Source: an uncultured Acidimicrobiales bacterium (GTDB taxonomy: Bacteria > Actinomycetota > Acidimicrobiia > Acidimicrobiales > SZUA-35). Taken from it: a DNA stretch of 64,000 bases. The number at the start of each line of letters is the position of its first letter. Within the stretch, counting starts at the first letter, position 1. Where the stretch lies: positions 3,669 to 67,668 of the forward strand of contig CALKTH010000016.1 in assembly GCA_937997485.1 (NCBI GenBank). Direction: 5' to 3'. Both the position numbers and the translations under genes were made by a program. This document shows, piece by piece, positions 43,445 through 53,884 of this stretch. The notes beneath the pieces are model-generated. The model worked only from the letters and a program-made list of their open reading frames with translations. It searched no databases and was not told where the DNA came from.

Positions 43445-43528
43445 AGACTGCCACGGTCGTAAGTTCGCCGCCCGACCCGCACCATTGGGTGCATCTGACC
43501 GTCAAAACACAACGGACTTTGCACCCAA

Positions 43529-43552
43529 CGCCTCCGATCAATGCCGGAGGCG
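43529..43552 (-). terminator. candidate terminator hairpin after guaB
   Basis: CGCCTCCG-N8-CGGAGGCG is an 8-bp perfect stem 33 nt after the guaB stop. The U-tract is weak. Confidence 0.3.
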
Positions 43553-43584
43553 CCCGATGTTCTCGGACCCGGGAGCGAACGGTC

Positions 43585-45087
43585 TCAGTCGCGCAGGACC
43601 TCGACGTCGTGCGGGTGAGACTCTCGCAGGCCTGCACCCGTGATCTTCGTGAGACGAGTGCGAGTACGCAGATCGTTGATGTCGGCGGCGCCGGCGTAGC
43701 CCATGCCTGAGCGAAGACCGCCAACCAGCTGACCTACCAGCTCGCTGAGCGGTCCGGCGTAGCGAACCCGAGCCTCGACGCCCTCGGCCACGTGCTTGGC
43801 CTCGGTCTTCTGCGCCGTGCCATAGCGATCGGCAGCTCGGCCGCGCATCGCGCCGGCTGAGCCCATGCCTCGGTAGGTCTTCCACATGGCCCCGTCGACC
43901 AACTCCAGCTCGCCCGGTGCCTCATCGCATCCGGCGAGCGCGTTGCCGAGCATGACGGCATCGGCGCCAGCCACGAACGCCTTCACGATGTCTCCGGAGG
44001 TGACCACCCCGCCGTCGGCGATGATCGGAATGCGGTCGCCATGACCGTTGCGCAGCTGGGCTGCCGCCTGGGCACATTCGAAGATGGCACTCATCTGGGG
44101 CATACCGGCACCGGCGACGATCCGGGTGGTGCAGATAGAGCCTGCCCCCACGCCGACCTTGATCACGTCCGCCCCGGCCTCGGCCAATGCCTCGACACCC
44201 TCGCGGGTGACGACGTTGCCGCCAACCACGGTGACCTCGGGCCACCCCTTCTTGATCGTGCGCACAGCTTCCACAACGCCTCGGGTGTGCCCATGGGCCG
44301 TGTCGATCACGAGCATGTCGACACCGGCTGCCGCCAACGCCTCGGTCCGCTCCGCCGTGTCGGTCACGCCAACGGCGGCACCGACTCGGAGACGGCCAGA
44401 CTCATCGAGCGATGCGTTCGGCTTCTCCACCCGCTTGCGGATGTCCTTCACCGTGATGAGGCCGTGCAACACGCCATCCTCATCAACCAGCGGGAGCTTC
44501 TCGATGCGGTGCTTGTGCAGCACCTCCACCGCCTCGTCGAGTGTCGTGCCAACCGGTGCCGTGACCAACGGCTCGGTCGACATGAACTCGGTAACCGACC
44601 GGTGGTCGTCTTCGCGAGTGCAGAAACGCACGTCGCGGTTGGTGAGGATCCCGACGAGGCGACCATCGTCGTCGCAAATCGGCACACCACTGATCTTGTG
44701 CTGGGCCATCATCGCCTCGGCGTCGCCAAGCGTCGACGAAGGCGGGAGGGAGATCGGTGCGGTGATCATGCCGGACTGCGCCCGCTTGACTCGGTCGACT
44801 TCGCTGGCCTGATCCTCAACGGAGAGATTCCGGTGCAGCACGCCGATCCCGCCTTCGCGGGCGAGTGAAATGCACAGCGGCGCCTCACTGACGGTGTCCA
44901 TGGCTGCCGACAGCAACGGCACCCGCATGGTCATGCCATCGACTTCCGTGGTGGTCTCGACTTCGTGCGGCAGCACTTCGCTCCAACCGGGCACGACGAG
45001 CAGATCGTCGAACGTGAGCGACTCGAAGTGTCCGAACAACTCAGCGTTCGGGGACGAGTGAGTTTGTGGCTTGGGTGAGTTGGTCAT
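43585..45087 (-). CDS. guaB: IMP dehydrogenase
   Basis: [11 protein letters not shown], tandem CBS domains, and the catalytic loop [12 protein letters not shown]. Start at MTNSPKP. Confidence 0.95.
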   Translation of the reverse strand: MTNSPKPQTHSSPNAELFGHFESLTFDDLLVVPGWSEVLPHEVETTTEVDGMTMRVPLLSAAMDTVSEAPLCISLAREGGIGVLHRNLSVEDQASEVDRVKRAQSGMITAPISLPPSSTLGDAEAMMAQHKISGVPICDDDGRLVGILTNRDVRFCTREDDHRSVTEFMSTEPLVTAPVGTTLDEAVEVLHKHRIEKLPLVDEDGVLHGLITVKDIRKRVEKPNASLDESGRLRVGAAVGVTDTAERTEALAAAGVDMLVIDTAHGHTRGVVEAVRTIKKGWPEVTVVGGNVVTREGVEALAEAGADVIKVGVGAGSICTTRIVAGAGMPQMSAIFECAQAAAQLRNGHGDRIPIIADGGVVTSGDIVKAFVAGADAVMLGNALAGCDEAPGELELVDGAMWKTYRGMGSAGAMRGRAADRYGTAQKTEAKHVAEGVEARVRYAGPLSELVGQLVGGLRSGMGYAGAADINDLRTRTRLTKITGAGLRESHPHDVEVLRD

Positions 45088-45089
45088 GC

Positions 45090-45728
45090 TCAAGCTCCTG
45101 CTGTCGGGGTGGATTCGGTGTTGCGTTCTTGTTTGGCGACCTCGTCGAGTGCGATACGGATGCACTCCACGAAGAGTTCGTGTTCGATGTGGTGGACTCG
45201 GGCCTCGTAGGTCTCGAGCGAGTCGCCCGGTTCGAAGGGGACCACGCGAGTGCCGATCACCGGTCCATCGTCGACCCCCTCATCCGGGACCCAATGCACC
45301 ATCACGCCACCCTCGTCGATCTCGCCGGCAGTCAGGGCAGCGTACGAGCGCTCGATGGCATGCAAGCCAGGAAACTGGCCGGGCAGTGCGGGATGCAGGT
45401 TCACTGAGCGGTAGCGCTGCAGGAACCGATTGCCGAGCAAACGCATCCAGCCCGCCATCACGACGAGCGTGGGTTCGTGTTCCCCGACGACATGCGACAG
45501 CACACCGTCGTAGATGGCCCGGCGGCGGCCGTCAACGGGTACGTGGATGGCCGGGATGCCAGCCATGCGTGCCCGTTCCAACCCATAGGCACCCGCTCGG
45601 TTGGCCACGACGGCCACCACCTCGGCGTCGAGGTATCCCGGCGCCCCCTCAGGCAAGGCGCACGCATCCATGATCGCTTGCAGATTGGTCCCCTCGCCGG
45701 ACACCAGCACCACGAGGCGGGCGGTCAT
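45090..45728 (-). CDS. purN: phosphoribosylglycinamide formyltransferase
   Basis: LVVLVSGEGTNLQAI and NLHPALLP-type (NLHPALPGQFPG). Start at MTARL. Confidence 0.9.
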   Translation of the reverse strand: MTARLVVLVSGEGTNLQAIMDACALPEGAPGYLDAEVVAVVANRAGAYGLERARMAGIPAIHVPVDGRRRAIYDGVLSHVVGEHEPTLVVMAGWMRLLGNRFLQRYRSVNLHPALPGQFPGLHAIERSYAALTAGEIDEGGVMVHWVPDEGVDDGPVIGTRVVPFEPGDSLETYEARVHHIEHELFVECIRIALDEVAKQERNTESTPTAGA

Positions 45729-45738
45729 GATGAGCCCC

Positions 45739-46773
45739 TCAGACGAGGGTGACGCCCTCGGAGTCGGTGACCGAGCCCACGATGTAGGTGGCCTCGGGAA
45801 CGGCGGTCCGGAAGGCCTCGACGTCTTCGGGAGCCACGATGGCCACCATGCCGATTCCCATGTTCCAGATGCGGTGGGCCTCGACCATGCCGACGCCAGC
45901 CTCGGCCTGCAGCCACTGGAACAGCGGCGGCGTTTCCCAGGTGGAAGTGTCGACGTGAGCCCCAAGTCCGGGAGGCAGACACCGGGGAATGTTGTCGGGG
46001 AAGCCGCCGCCGGTGAGGTGGGCAAGCGACTTGATGAGCCCGGCATCGAGAGCATGAGTCAGTGGCGCCAAGTACGAGCGGTGCGGAGCGAGGAGGGCCT
46101 CGCCGAGTGGAACGTCCGAGCCGGGCACGGGGTTCTCGAAGCCGTGGGAGGCGCCGAGCTTGCGAGCCAGCGAGTACCCGTTCGTATGAAGTCCGTTGGA
46201 CTCGAGGCCCACCAGCACATCGCCAGCCGCGATGTCCGGCGAAGGCAGGAGGTCCTTGCGGTCGACCGCTCCGACCATCGTGCCAGCCACATCGACGCCG
46301 CCAGGCACGATGAGATCCGGCACCTCGGCCGTCTCACCGCCGAGCAGCACGCAACCGTTTTCCTTGCAGGCGGCGGCCATGGAACGGACGACAACACCGA
46401 CGATGTCGGGGTCGAGCTGACCGGCGGAGATCGTGTCGAGCATGAAGAGCGGGCGAGCGCCCTGAACGAGCACGTCGTTCACACCGTGGTTCGTGATATC
46501 GGCGCCAATCCCTTCCCACATGTTGAGCTCAGCAGCGAGCACGGTCTTGGTGCCGCACGTGTCGGTGGAGCTGACCAAGAGCGGCTGATCCATGCCCATG
46601 TTGGCGATGTCGAACACGCCGCCGAAGCTGCCAACGCCAGCCACAACTCGATCGTTGTGCGTTTCCTTCACCGCATCAGCGATCTGCTCGATCGCCTCGT
46701 CCCCGGCACTGAAGGACACACCGGCTGCGGCGTACGCGTCCTCTGCTGTCTCTGAGGTCTGATCTGTACTCAC
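45739..46773 (-). CDS. purM: phosphoribosylformylglycinamidine cyclo-ligase
   Basis: GSFGGVFDI, STDTCGTK and a DxxNHGVND-type motif. Confidence 0.95.
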   Translation of the reverse strand: MSTDQTSETAEDAYAAAGVSFSAGDEAIEQIADAVKETHNDRVVAGVGSFGGVFDIANMGMDQPLLVSSTDTCGTKTVLAAELNMWEGIGADITNHGVNDVLVQGARPLFMLDTISAGQLDPDIVGVVVRSMAAACKENGCVLLGGETAEVPDLIVPGGVDVAGTMVGAVDRKDLLPSPDIAAGDVLVGLESNGLHTNGYSLARKLGASHGFENPVPGSDVPLGEALLAPHRSYLAPLTHALDAGLIKSLAHLTGGGFPDNIPRCLPPGLGAHVDTSTWETPPLFQWLQAEAGVGMVEAHRIWNMGIGMVAIVAPEDVEAFRTAVPEATYIVGSVTDSEGVTLV

Positions 46774-48044
46774 GATGAAGCTCCGTCCAAGGCTCGGAAT
46801 CCGATGTCACGGCGTGCAAAGAGTTTGGGCTCGGCAGCCACGATCTCGGCCACCACGTTGTTGGCTGCGTTGAGCGCGGCGCGCAGGTCGTCGCCAGTAG
46901 CAACGATGTTCAAGACTCGTCCGCCGTTCGACACCAGGGAGCCCTCGTCAGTGAGCGCCGTTCCGGCGTGGATCAACTGCACGGGCGGTGCAATCTCGAC
47001 TTCGGGGATCGGCACGTGCTTCGCAGCGGTGCCGGGGTATCCCTCGGCTGCCACCACCACGATGGCGGCAGCTCCCGGAGAGACTGCGAGGTCGTGCTCA
47101 GCCAGTGATCCGTCAGTGCACGCCATCATGATGGCGAGGACATCGGACTCGAGGAGCGCAAGGAGAATCTGCGCCTCAGGATCGCCGAAGCGAGTGTTGT
47201 ATTCGATGAGGCGAGGACCGTCAGCGGTGAGCATGAGGCCGGCGTAGAGCATCCCGATGAAGGGGTTCCCCTCCGCCGCCATGCCATCGACCGTGCGCTG
47301 CAGGAAGGTGGCGACAAGCTCGTCGTACTGGTCGGCATCAATACCGGGAACCGGCGTGTACGCCCCCATGCCTCCCGTGTTGAGGCCGGTGTCGCCCTCG
47401 CCGACCCGCTTGTGATCTTGCGCCGTCGGCAGGCCGCGGGCGACGAGACCATCGCAGAATCCGATGAGTGACACCTCGGGGCCATCGAGCCGCTCTTCCA
47501 GAAGGATGCGAGCGCCGGCGTCGCCCAACGTTTCGCCAGACAGCATCGAGCGGATCGCCTCCACCGTCTCCTCAGTTGACTCGGGGATAACCACACCCTT
47601 GCCAGCAGCAAGTCCATCAGCCTTGACCACGACCGGCACGCCCAGCTCGTCGAGCCACGCAATGGCCGGCTCAGCCTCGGTGAACGAAGCGATGCGGGGA
47701 CCAGGGATGCCGTGACGAGCTGCGAACTCACGAGTGAAGGTTTTCGAGCCCTCGAGCTGAGCAGCGGCTCGCGTTGGGCCGAAGGCTCGAATGCCAGCAA
47801 CGGCGAGCGCATCCACGATGCCTGCCACGAGCGGCACTTCGGGGCCGACGACCACGAGGTCGGTGTCGTGGGCACGACACCACTCGACCACGGCGTCGTG
47901 ATCGGTGACATCAAGATCGATGTTGTGTTCAGCCGTTCCCGGGTTGCCGGGCGCCACGGCGAGCGATGTGAGCAGCGGCGAGGCGAGGATGGCCGAGGCC
48001 ATGGCGTGCTCCCGCCCGCCGGAACCGATCAGCAGAACCCTCAA
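46770..48044 (-). CDS. purD: phosphoribosylamine--glycine ligase
   Basis: MRVLLIGSGGREHA and an ATP-grasp body. ATGA overlaps at both ends. Confidence 0.95.
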   Translation of the reverse strand: MRVLLIGSGGREHAMASAILASPLLTSLAVAPGNPGTAEHNIDLDVTDHDAVVEWCRAHDTDLVVVGPEVPLVAGIVDALAVAGIRAFGPTRAAAQLEGSKTFTREFAARHGIPGPRIASFTEAEPAIAWLDELGVPVVVKADGLAAGKGVVIPESTEETVEAIRSMLSGETLGDAGARILLEERLDGPEVSLIGFCDGLVARGLPTAQDHKRVGEGDTGLNTGGMGAYTPVPGIDADQYDELVATFLQRTVDGMAAEGNPFIGMLYAGLMLTADGPRLIEYNTRFGDPEAQILLALLESDVLAIMMACTDGSLAEHDLAVSPGAAAIVVVAAEGYPGTAAKHVPIPEVEIAPPVQLIHAGTALTDEGSLVSNGGRVLNIVATGDDLRAALNAANNVVAEIVAAEPKLFARRDIGFRALDGASS

Positions 48045-49486
48045 CCCAACACTCCGTCGAACCGCTGCTTGGTGTTCAGCAGGCTGAGCTGGACGGGCAC
48101 CGGATATGAGCCGGTGAAGCAGGCATTGCAGTAACCGTCGTCTCGGCCGAGCGCCTTCATCATGCGATCAACGGAGAGGAAGCCGAGAGAGTCAGCGCCG
48201 ATGTGAGCGGCGATCTCCGGCACGCCCAGCTGGTGGGCGATGAGTTGTTCGTAGGTGCCCATGTCGACGCCGAAGAAGCACGGGTGTGCGATCGGAGGGC
48301 ACGTGATGCGCACATGCACCTCGGTGGCCCCGGCGTCTCGGACCATGCGAACCAGCGGACCCGAAGTCGTGCCCCGCACGATCGAGTCGTCGATGACGAT
48401 CACTCGCTTGCCCCGGATGTTCTCCTCGAGCATGTTGAACTTCAGCTTCACGCCCTGGCGGCGGAGCTCGTCAGTCGGCTCGATGAAGGTGCGACCGATG
48501 TAGCGATTCTTGACGAAGCCTTCGTTGTAGGTGATGCCGGAGACGGCGGCGTAGCCAATGGCAGCCGGCATCGAGGAGTCCGGAACAGGGATGACAACAT
48601 CCGCCTCGACGGGGTGCTCACGTGCGAGTTCTTCACCCAACCGCTGCCGGGCCTGGTGGACCGACAGCCCGTCCCACACCGCATCGGGGCGGGAGAAGTA
48701 GATGTGTTCGAAGGTGCAGCGAGCCTGCTCTTCCTTCGCCGGAACGGCCTGATGGCTACGCACAAGCGCTCCCTGGAGCACCACGATCTCGCCCGGCTCG
48801 ATCTCTCGGATGGCTTCGCAGCCGAGCGTCTGCAGCGCTCCGGTTTCCGAAGCGACGACGTGTCCCCCGCTCGGCAGCTTGCCCATCGACAGGGGGCGGA
48901 ACCCCCACGGATCACGGCAGGCGACGACCTTGGTGCCGGCGATCACCACGAGGCTGAAGGCGCCCTCCCAGTGAGGCATGGTGGCAGCAAGGCGCTCTTC
49001 CCAGGTCTCACCTTCGGCCGCAGCCAGCATCAGGGCGATGACTTCGGAGTCCGAGGATGACTGGAGGCCAGCGCCCCGGGTCAACAGCTTCTGTCGGAGT
49101 TGGTCGGTGTTGACCAAGTTGCCGTTGTGGGCGACGCCGAGCGGACCGTGCATGGTCTCCACGACGTAGGGCTGCACGTTGCGCTCAGAGTTGGCACCGG
49201 TCGTGCTGTAGCGGTTGTGACCGATCGCCATGCCGCCCACGAGATGATCGAGCTTGCCGGCGCTGAAGACCTGGTTCACCAGGCCCTGCCCCTTCTCGAG
49301 CCGAACCGAGCGGCCGTCGGCCACGGCGATACCCGCCGCTTCCTGGCCCCGGTGTTGCAGGGCGTAGAGCCCGAAGAACGCCATACGGGCGGCATCATCG
49401 CCGGAGGTCGAGATACCGATGACCCCGCACTCCTCCTTCGGGTAGTCGTCTTCCCCGAAGGTGACGGGATCAGCGTTGGTGCTCAC
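48041..49486 (-). CDS. purF: amidophosphoribosyltransferase
   Basis: The propeptide is followed by CGVIGI (Ntn Cys). PRTase motif VIVIDDSIVRGTT. The GTG start overlaps the purC stop (GTGA). Confidence 0.93.
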   Translation of the reverse strand: MSTNADPVTFGEDDYPKEECGVIGISTSGDDAARMAFFGLYALQHRGQEAAGIAVADGRSVRLEKGQGLVNQVFSAGKLDHLVGGMAIGHNRYSTTGANSERNVQPYVVETMHGPLGVAHNGNLVNTDQLRQKLLTRGAGLQSSSDSEVIALMLAAAEGETWEERLAATMPHWEGAFSLVVIAGTKVVACRDPWGFRPLSMGKLPSGGHVVASETGALQTLGCEAIREIEPGEIVVLQGALVRSHQAVPAKEEQARCTFEHIYFSRPDAVWDGLSVHQARQRLGEELAREHPVEADVVIPVPDSSMPAAIGYAAVSGITYNEGFVKNRYIGRTFIEPTDELRRQGVKLKFNMLEENIRGKRVIVIDDSIVRGTTSGPLVRMVRDAGATEVHVRITCPPIAHPCFFGVDMGTYEQLIAHQLGVPEIAAHIGADSLGFLSVDRMMKALGRDDGYCNACFTGSYPVPVQLSLLNTKQRFDGVLG

Positions 49487-50505
49487 GACAGGATGTCTCC
49501 GAGATTGGCAGTGATGCGTTGCATGGCTTGTTGGTCTCCCGGGACGAATGTGGTCCCGGTCAATCGTTCGAACAGTTCGATGTAGCGATTCGAGGTGGCG
49601 GTCCACACCTCGTCAGGAAGCTCGGGCGGTTCGCCGTCGCCGCTGTAGCCCTTTGCCCGAAGCGCGATCCGCACGGGTTCCTTGTCGAAGCCTTCCGGCG
49701 AGCGACCAGCAGCCACCGCCTCGTCGACCTCGTCGGCATTCCAGTAACGACTGGAGTCAGGCGTGTGCATCTCGTCGATGAGGAGCACATTGCCGTCCCC
49801 ATCGAGCCCGAACTCGTACTTGGTGTCGGCCAGGACGAAGCCGGCAGCGGCCGCAACCTCACACCCGCGAGCGAAGAGAGCGAGCGCCGCCTCGGAGACC
49901 TCCCGCCAGACCTCGGGGCTCACCAAGCCGTCAGCGAGGATCGCCTCTTCCGTGGTTGGCGTGTCGTGCCCGCCCGCATCGGCCTTGGTGGTCGGCGTGA
50001 TGATGTGGACGGGTAGCGGACCGTGGGGGACCAAGCCCTCAGGGAAGATGTGCCCGTACATCTCACGCTCGCCTGCGACATAGCGGGGCAGAACAGCGGT
50101 GTCGGTCGAGCCGGTGAGCCGAGCTCGGACCACGATCTCGACCGGCAGCGGCTCCACGTCTCGACAGATGGTCGCGTTCGGATCGGGGGTGGAAATCAGA
50201 TGGTTGGGAACGATGTCGGCGGTCTGTTCGAACCACCAGGCGGCGAGCTGGTTGAGCACCTGTCCCTTGTGGGGCACGACGCCGATGATGCGATCGAAGG
50301 CGCTCAGCCGGTCCGAGGTGACGAGCAGACGCTGGCCGTTCGGCAACGGCCAGGCTTCTCTCACCTTGCCGGAGGTGCGTCCGGGGAGGTCGAGGTCGAC
50401 CGTCCGCAACGTGCTGATTCCATCAACAGTCACTCGACACGAACTCCCACGAGCAGTCTCCCGACGGGCGTCGGCCACAGCCGGAAACTGGCTGACCCCA
50501 GACAC
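49483..50505 (-). CDS. purC: phosphoribosylaminoimidazole-succinocarboxamide synthase (long form)
   Basis: GKVRE...LLVTSDRLSAFD and LADTKYEFG. Exact start is uncertain. Confidence 0.9.
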   Translation of the reverse strand: MSGVSQFPAVADARRETARGSSCRVTVDGISTLRTVDLDLPGRTSGKVREAWPLPNGQRLLVTSDRLSAFDRIIGVVPHKGQVLNQLAAWWFEQTADIVPNHLISTPDPNATICRDVEPLPVEIVVRARLTGSTDTAVLPRYVAGEREMYGHIFPEGLVPHGPLPVHIITPTTKADAGGHDTPTTEEAILADGLVSPEVWREVSEAALALFARGCEVAAAAGFVLADTKYEFGLDGDGNVLLIDEMHTPDSSRYWNADEVDEAVAAGRSPEGFDKEPVRIALRAKGYSGDGEPPELPDEVWTATSNRYIELFERLTGTTFVPGDQQAMQRITANLGDILS

Positions 50506-50608
50506 CCAATTCTCCCGCCGAACAGTGTGACGCAGCGCCCCCGACTCGGCTCACGGACGGGCCCGTTTCAACAAAAAGTTGCGAGTGACCGGCTGGTGAC
50601 GCATCGAT

Positions 50609-51715
50609 TCAGAGCAGCTTCGTCGCGTGGCCCATTTTGCGACCTGGACGAACCTCTTCTTTGCCATACAGATGGACTCGCCAGGAACCTTCCTCGAGGA
50701 GGGCGGGCACGCGGTCGACGTCGTCGCCAATCAGGTTGTCCATCACGCAGGCACGGCCGCCTGTTGCCCCGAGCGACTCGCCGGTAATCGCCCGAATGTG
50801 CTGTTCGAACTGATCGACAGAGCAAGCGAGCTCAGTCCAGTGACCGGAGTTGTGGACGCGAGGAGCGAACTCGTTCGCAACGAGTTCGCCGTCGGACATC
50901 ACGAACATCTCGAGACCGAGGACGCCCACGTACTCGAGCTCGCGAGCCAACTGTCGGCCCGCAGCTCGGGCAGCATCGAGCACGATCTCGCTGACCGGGG
51001 CAGGAACAGTCGACCGGGAAAGGATTCCGTTGATGTGCTCGTTGTGGGCAGGGGCAAACGTTCGAATGTCGCCGCGCAGCGATCGGCCAACGATGACCGA
51101 GATCTCGAGATCGAAGTCGACGAAGCCCTCGGCGATCGACGGGGCCGAGCCGAGCTGCTCGAAGGCATTTGCTGGCGCTGCGCCGTCGACTCGAACCTGG
51201 CCCTTGCCGTCGTAACCGAAGCGTCGAGTCTTGAGAATCGCTCGCCCGCCCAACGCCTCGACTGCGTCGACCACGTCCTGTTGTGAGTCCACGGCCCGGA
51301 ACGGGGCGACCGACAAGCCGATCCGCTGCAGGAACTGCTTCTCGACGAGCCGGTCCTGGGAGACCTCGAGCGCTCGAGCACTCGGCCGGAGCGGCGGCCC
51401 GCCATCCCGGTGGCGCTCCTCGATCAAGGCTGCGCTCGGGGCGGGAACGTTCTCGAACTCGTAGGTGACGACGTCGCAGCGATCGACCAGCTCGGCGAGA
51501 GCGTTCGGGTCGTCGTAGGCCGCAACGATATGGGAGTTCGCCACCTGGGCGGCCGGGCATGGATCGGACGGTTCGAGCACGATGACCGGATGGCCAAGGC
51601 GGCCGGCCGCCATGGCCAACATGCGTCCGAGTTGCCCGCCACCGATGATTCCGATCGTCGAACCGGGATCGACCGCAGGTTCATCGGCGTGCTCAGCATG
51701 GATGTCGGCGGTCAT
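50609..51715 (-). CDS. purK: 5-(carboxyamino)imidazole ribonucleotide synthase
   Basis: IGIIGGGQLGRM, an ATP-grasp body, and FAPRVHNSGHWT. Start at MTADI. Confidence 0.9.
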   Translation of the reverse strand: MTADIHAEHADEPAVDPGSTIGIIGGGQLGRMLAMAAGRLGHPVIVLEPSDPCPAAQVANSHIVAAYDDPNALAELVDRCDVVTYEFENVPAPSAALIEERHRDGGPPLRPSARALEVSQDRLVEKQFLQRIGLSVAPFRAVDSQQDVVDAVEALGGRAILKTRRFGYDGKGQVRVDGAAPANAFEQLGSAPSIAEGFVDFDLEISVIVGRSLRGDIRTFAPAHNEHINGILSRSTVPAPVSEIVLDAARAAGRQLARELEYVGVLGLEMFVMSDGELVANEFAPRVHNSGHWTELACSVDQFEQHIRAITGESLGATGGRACVMDNLIGDDVDRVPALLEEGSWRVHLYGKEEVRPGRKMGHATKLL

Positions 51716-51720
51716 CGGCG

Positions 51721-52257
51721 TCAGCCTTCCGAAGGAGTGTCGACGGGGGCTTCGGCCACCGCTGCGGTGCGGGCCGATCGCCATGCATCAAGCCGCTCGG
51801 CGAGCTCGTCGTCATGCAGTGCGAGAACAGCGGCCGCCAACAGCGAGGCGTTGGTCGCGCCGGCGTTGCCAATGGCGAGGGTGCCAACCGGGATGCCAGC
51901 GGGCATCTGCACGATGGACAGCAGACTGTCCTCCCCCGAGAGTGCACGTGACTGAACCGGAACACCGAAGACCGGCAATGGCGTCAGTGCCGCCGTCATT
52001 CCCGGCAGGTGGGCGGCGCCTCCGGCCCCGGCAATGATCACATGGAAGCCCTCGGACTTCGCCGAGCGGGCGAAGTCGTACATCCGGTCAGGCGTTCGAT
52101 GCGCTGACACAATGCGGGCGTCGTAGCTGACCCCGAGTTCGTCGAGCACCTCGGCAGCAAGCTTCATCGTGGGCCAGTCGGACTGGCTACCCATGATGAT
52201 CGCCACTCGTGGGGCGGAGGGGACTGATGCGGGTGCGGCTGCGGTCGGCTCTGGCAC
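51721..52257 (-). CDS. purE: 5-(carboxyamino)imidazole ribonucleotide mutase
   Basis: [19 protein letters not shown], and [13 protein letters not shown] 52257 is preferred over the ORF-track start at 52326, which would collide with the divergent GNAT start. Confidence 0.88.
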   Translation of the reverse strand: MPEPTAAAPASVPSAPRVAIIMGSQSDWPTMKLAAEVLDELGVSYDARIVSAHRTPDRMYDFARSAKSEGFHVIIAGAGGAAHLPGMTAALTPLPVFGVPVQSRALSGEDSLLSIVQMPAGIPVGTLAIGNAGATNASLLAAAVLALHDDELAERLDAWRSARTAAVAEAPVDTPSEG

Positions 52258-52325
52258 TTGGGCGAGCCTACCGGTCCCGGTCGCCGAGGATCCGATTTCG
52301 CACGTGTACTCCTTTCCGACCTGCA

Positions 52326-52862
52326 ATGCTGCCAGTCGTGTTGATTCGACGAGAGCAAACGACCGATGCCAGCCGCATCGAAGAGATCCACCGCCTTGCG
52401 TTCGGGGGCGAGGTCGAACCCTCGCTCGCCGCGGCTCTTCGCTCCGACGGTGCGGTCCCAGCGTTCAGCCTCGTCGCAGAGCAGGAGGGCGACGTCGTAG
52501 GTCACGTGGTGTGCAGCCGTGGCTATGTCGTACCGTCCGGATCGACACCCGCAGATCCGTCGAGCGTTGAAGCACTTGGTCTCGGCCCCATCGGTGTACT
52601 TCCGGACCTGCAGCGGTCCGGCACAGGTAAGGCCTTGATGCATACCGTGCTCGGTGCCGCTGATGCAGCAGGAGAACCTCTCGTGGCGCTGTTGGGAAGT
52701 CCGGACTACTACCGACGTTTCGGTTTCCAGCCGTCGATCGCGGTCGGCATCAACCCGCCCGAGGCCGCGTGGGGCGAGTACTTCCAGGTGCGAACGCTCT
52801 CAGCCTTCGATCCGAAGCTCACGGGCGACTTCGTCTACGCCCGCCCCTTCCACGATCTCTAA
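52326..52862 (+). CDS. GNAT family N-acetyltransferase
   Basis: [19 protein letters not shown] is the acetyl-CoA Q/RxxGxG/A motif. About 178 aa. Confidence 0.8.
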   Translation: MLPVVLIRREQTTDASRIEEIHRLAFGGEVEPSLAAALRSDGAVPAFSLVAEQEGDVVGHVVCSRGYVVPSGSTPADPSSVEALGLGPIGVLPDLQRSGTGKALMHTVLGAADAAGEPLVALLGSPDYYRRFGFQPSIAVGINPPEAAWGEYFQVRTLSAFDPKLTGDFVYARPFHDL

Positions 52863-52959
52863 CATCTGCCCGACGCCGGTTTGCCGAACCTGACGTCGTT
52901 CCCGCTGGACGGACTCCGATCCAGCTGAGTGGCGCTCTATCTCGCTCTGCTGTGAGACG

Positions 52960-53706
52960 ATGGCAGACGTGTCACTCGAGCTCGCCGCGCAGGATCTCGA
53001 ACCGCTCGTCCAACGACGACGGGTGCTGCTGATCGGCGAGCCTCCGGGCACCGAGGAGTTTCCGGCACTCGTGCTCGAGCTCGCTCGCCAGGGTCTGGCA
53101 TCCGGGCACGAAGTGATCGTGGGACTCGAAGTGCCCATGACCGAAGAGGTGGAGCGAGGTCCGGTTGGACCGTTCTGGCAACGAGCCGCCGAGTTTCAGG
53201 ACGGTCGCTCGAGCCGGGCGATGGCGAGTCTGGTCGAGGAACTGGCACTGATGCGCCGCAACGGCGACAAGGTCGAGACGGTTGCCATGGATGGTCCGTG
53301 GGTCGCGCCTGGATCAACACTGCCCTTGGAACACATGGGCCTGCTGGAGACGCCGCGAGATGAACTCATGGCCACGAATCTCCTCGCCGTGATGGATCGG
53401 ACACCGAGGGCCTTCACCATCGTGATGGCAGGCGCAATGCACACCACCCTGCACGCTGAAGCCTGGCGCACTCTCGGATCGATTCTCGGTCCCTGGTTCC
53501 CCACGTTGACGGCTCTGTACGGCCAGCTGACCGGCGGCACTCGCTGGCTCCTCCCGGCCGACGCCAGCGAAGGGGCCGTGTTCGACGTACCCCACCTCGA
53601 ACTCCCGGCCGGCGCGCTGTGGGCGGACGAGGTCGGTGCCGACGGCCACCACGGCTACCTCAACATCGGCCACGTCACCGCCTCGCCCCCACACGCCTCC
53701 GCCTGA
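52960..53706 (+). CDS. hypothetical protein (possible ChaN/TraB/erythromycin-esterase-like fold)
   Basis: VLLIGEPPGTEEFP...VIVGLEVP and a later IVMAGAMHT loosely resemble the GE.HG / GxxH motifs of that superfamily. Weak. Confidence 0.45.
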   Translation: MADVSLELAAQDLEPLVQRRRVLLIGEPPGTEEFPALVLELARQGLASGHEVIVGLEVPMTEEVERGPVGPFWQRAAEFQDGRSSRAMASLVEELALMRRNGDKVETVAMDGPWVAPGSTLPLEHMGLLETPRDELMATNLLAVMDRTPRAFTIVMAGAMHTTLHAEAWRTLGSILGPWFPTLTALYGQLTGGTRWLLPADASEGAVFDVPHLELPAGALWADEVGADGHHGYLNIGHVTASPPHASA

Positions 53707-53723
53707 CCACCATCTCCTCCCTG

Positions 53724-53767
53724 GTGGCACCGTTACTTGTCGCTCTGACGACACATAACGGTGCCAC
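53724..53767. repeat. 44-nt hairpin repeat, family 2, copy 1
   Basis: GTGGCACCGTTA-CTTGTCGCTCTGACGACACA-TAACGGTGCCAC. The outer arms are 12 bp and perfect, and there is an inner TGTCG/CGACA pairing. Confidence 0.85.
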
Positions 53768-53785
53768 GAAGGCCCTAAGGAGTTG

Positions 53786-53829
53786 GTGGCACCGTGAGTT
53801 GTCGCTCTGGCGACAAATAACGGTGCCAC
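53786..53829. repeat. 44-nt hairpin repeat, family 2, copy 2
   Basis: GTGGCACCGTGAGTTGTCGCTCTGGCGACAAATAACGGTGCCAC. Same orientation as copy 1, 18 nt downstream of it. Confidence 0.85.
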
Positions 53830-53884
53830 GGGCGGAGGGAGAGGGGGCGTGCGGGGAGGTGGTGGAGGGACCTAGGTTGCCGGG

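Noticed and set aside
45601-46755. 384-aa plus-strand ORF, and the 321-aa extension of purN (45090..46055).
   Set aside because: The first is antisense to purM. The second extends purN upstream through purM in another frame. PurN-like sequence begins at MTARL (45728).
50491-50510. CCCCAGACACCCA near the purC start resembling the REP core.
   Set aside because: It is only a 10-nt match within coding sequence, with no palindromic partner. Judged coincidental.
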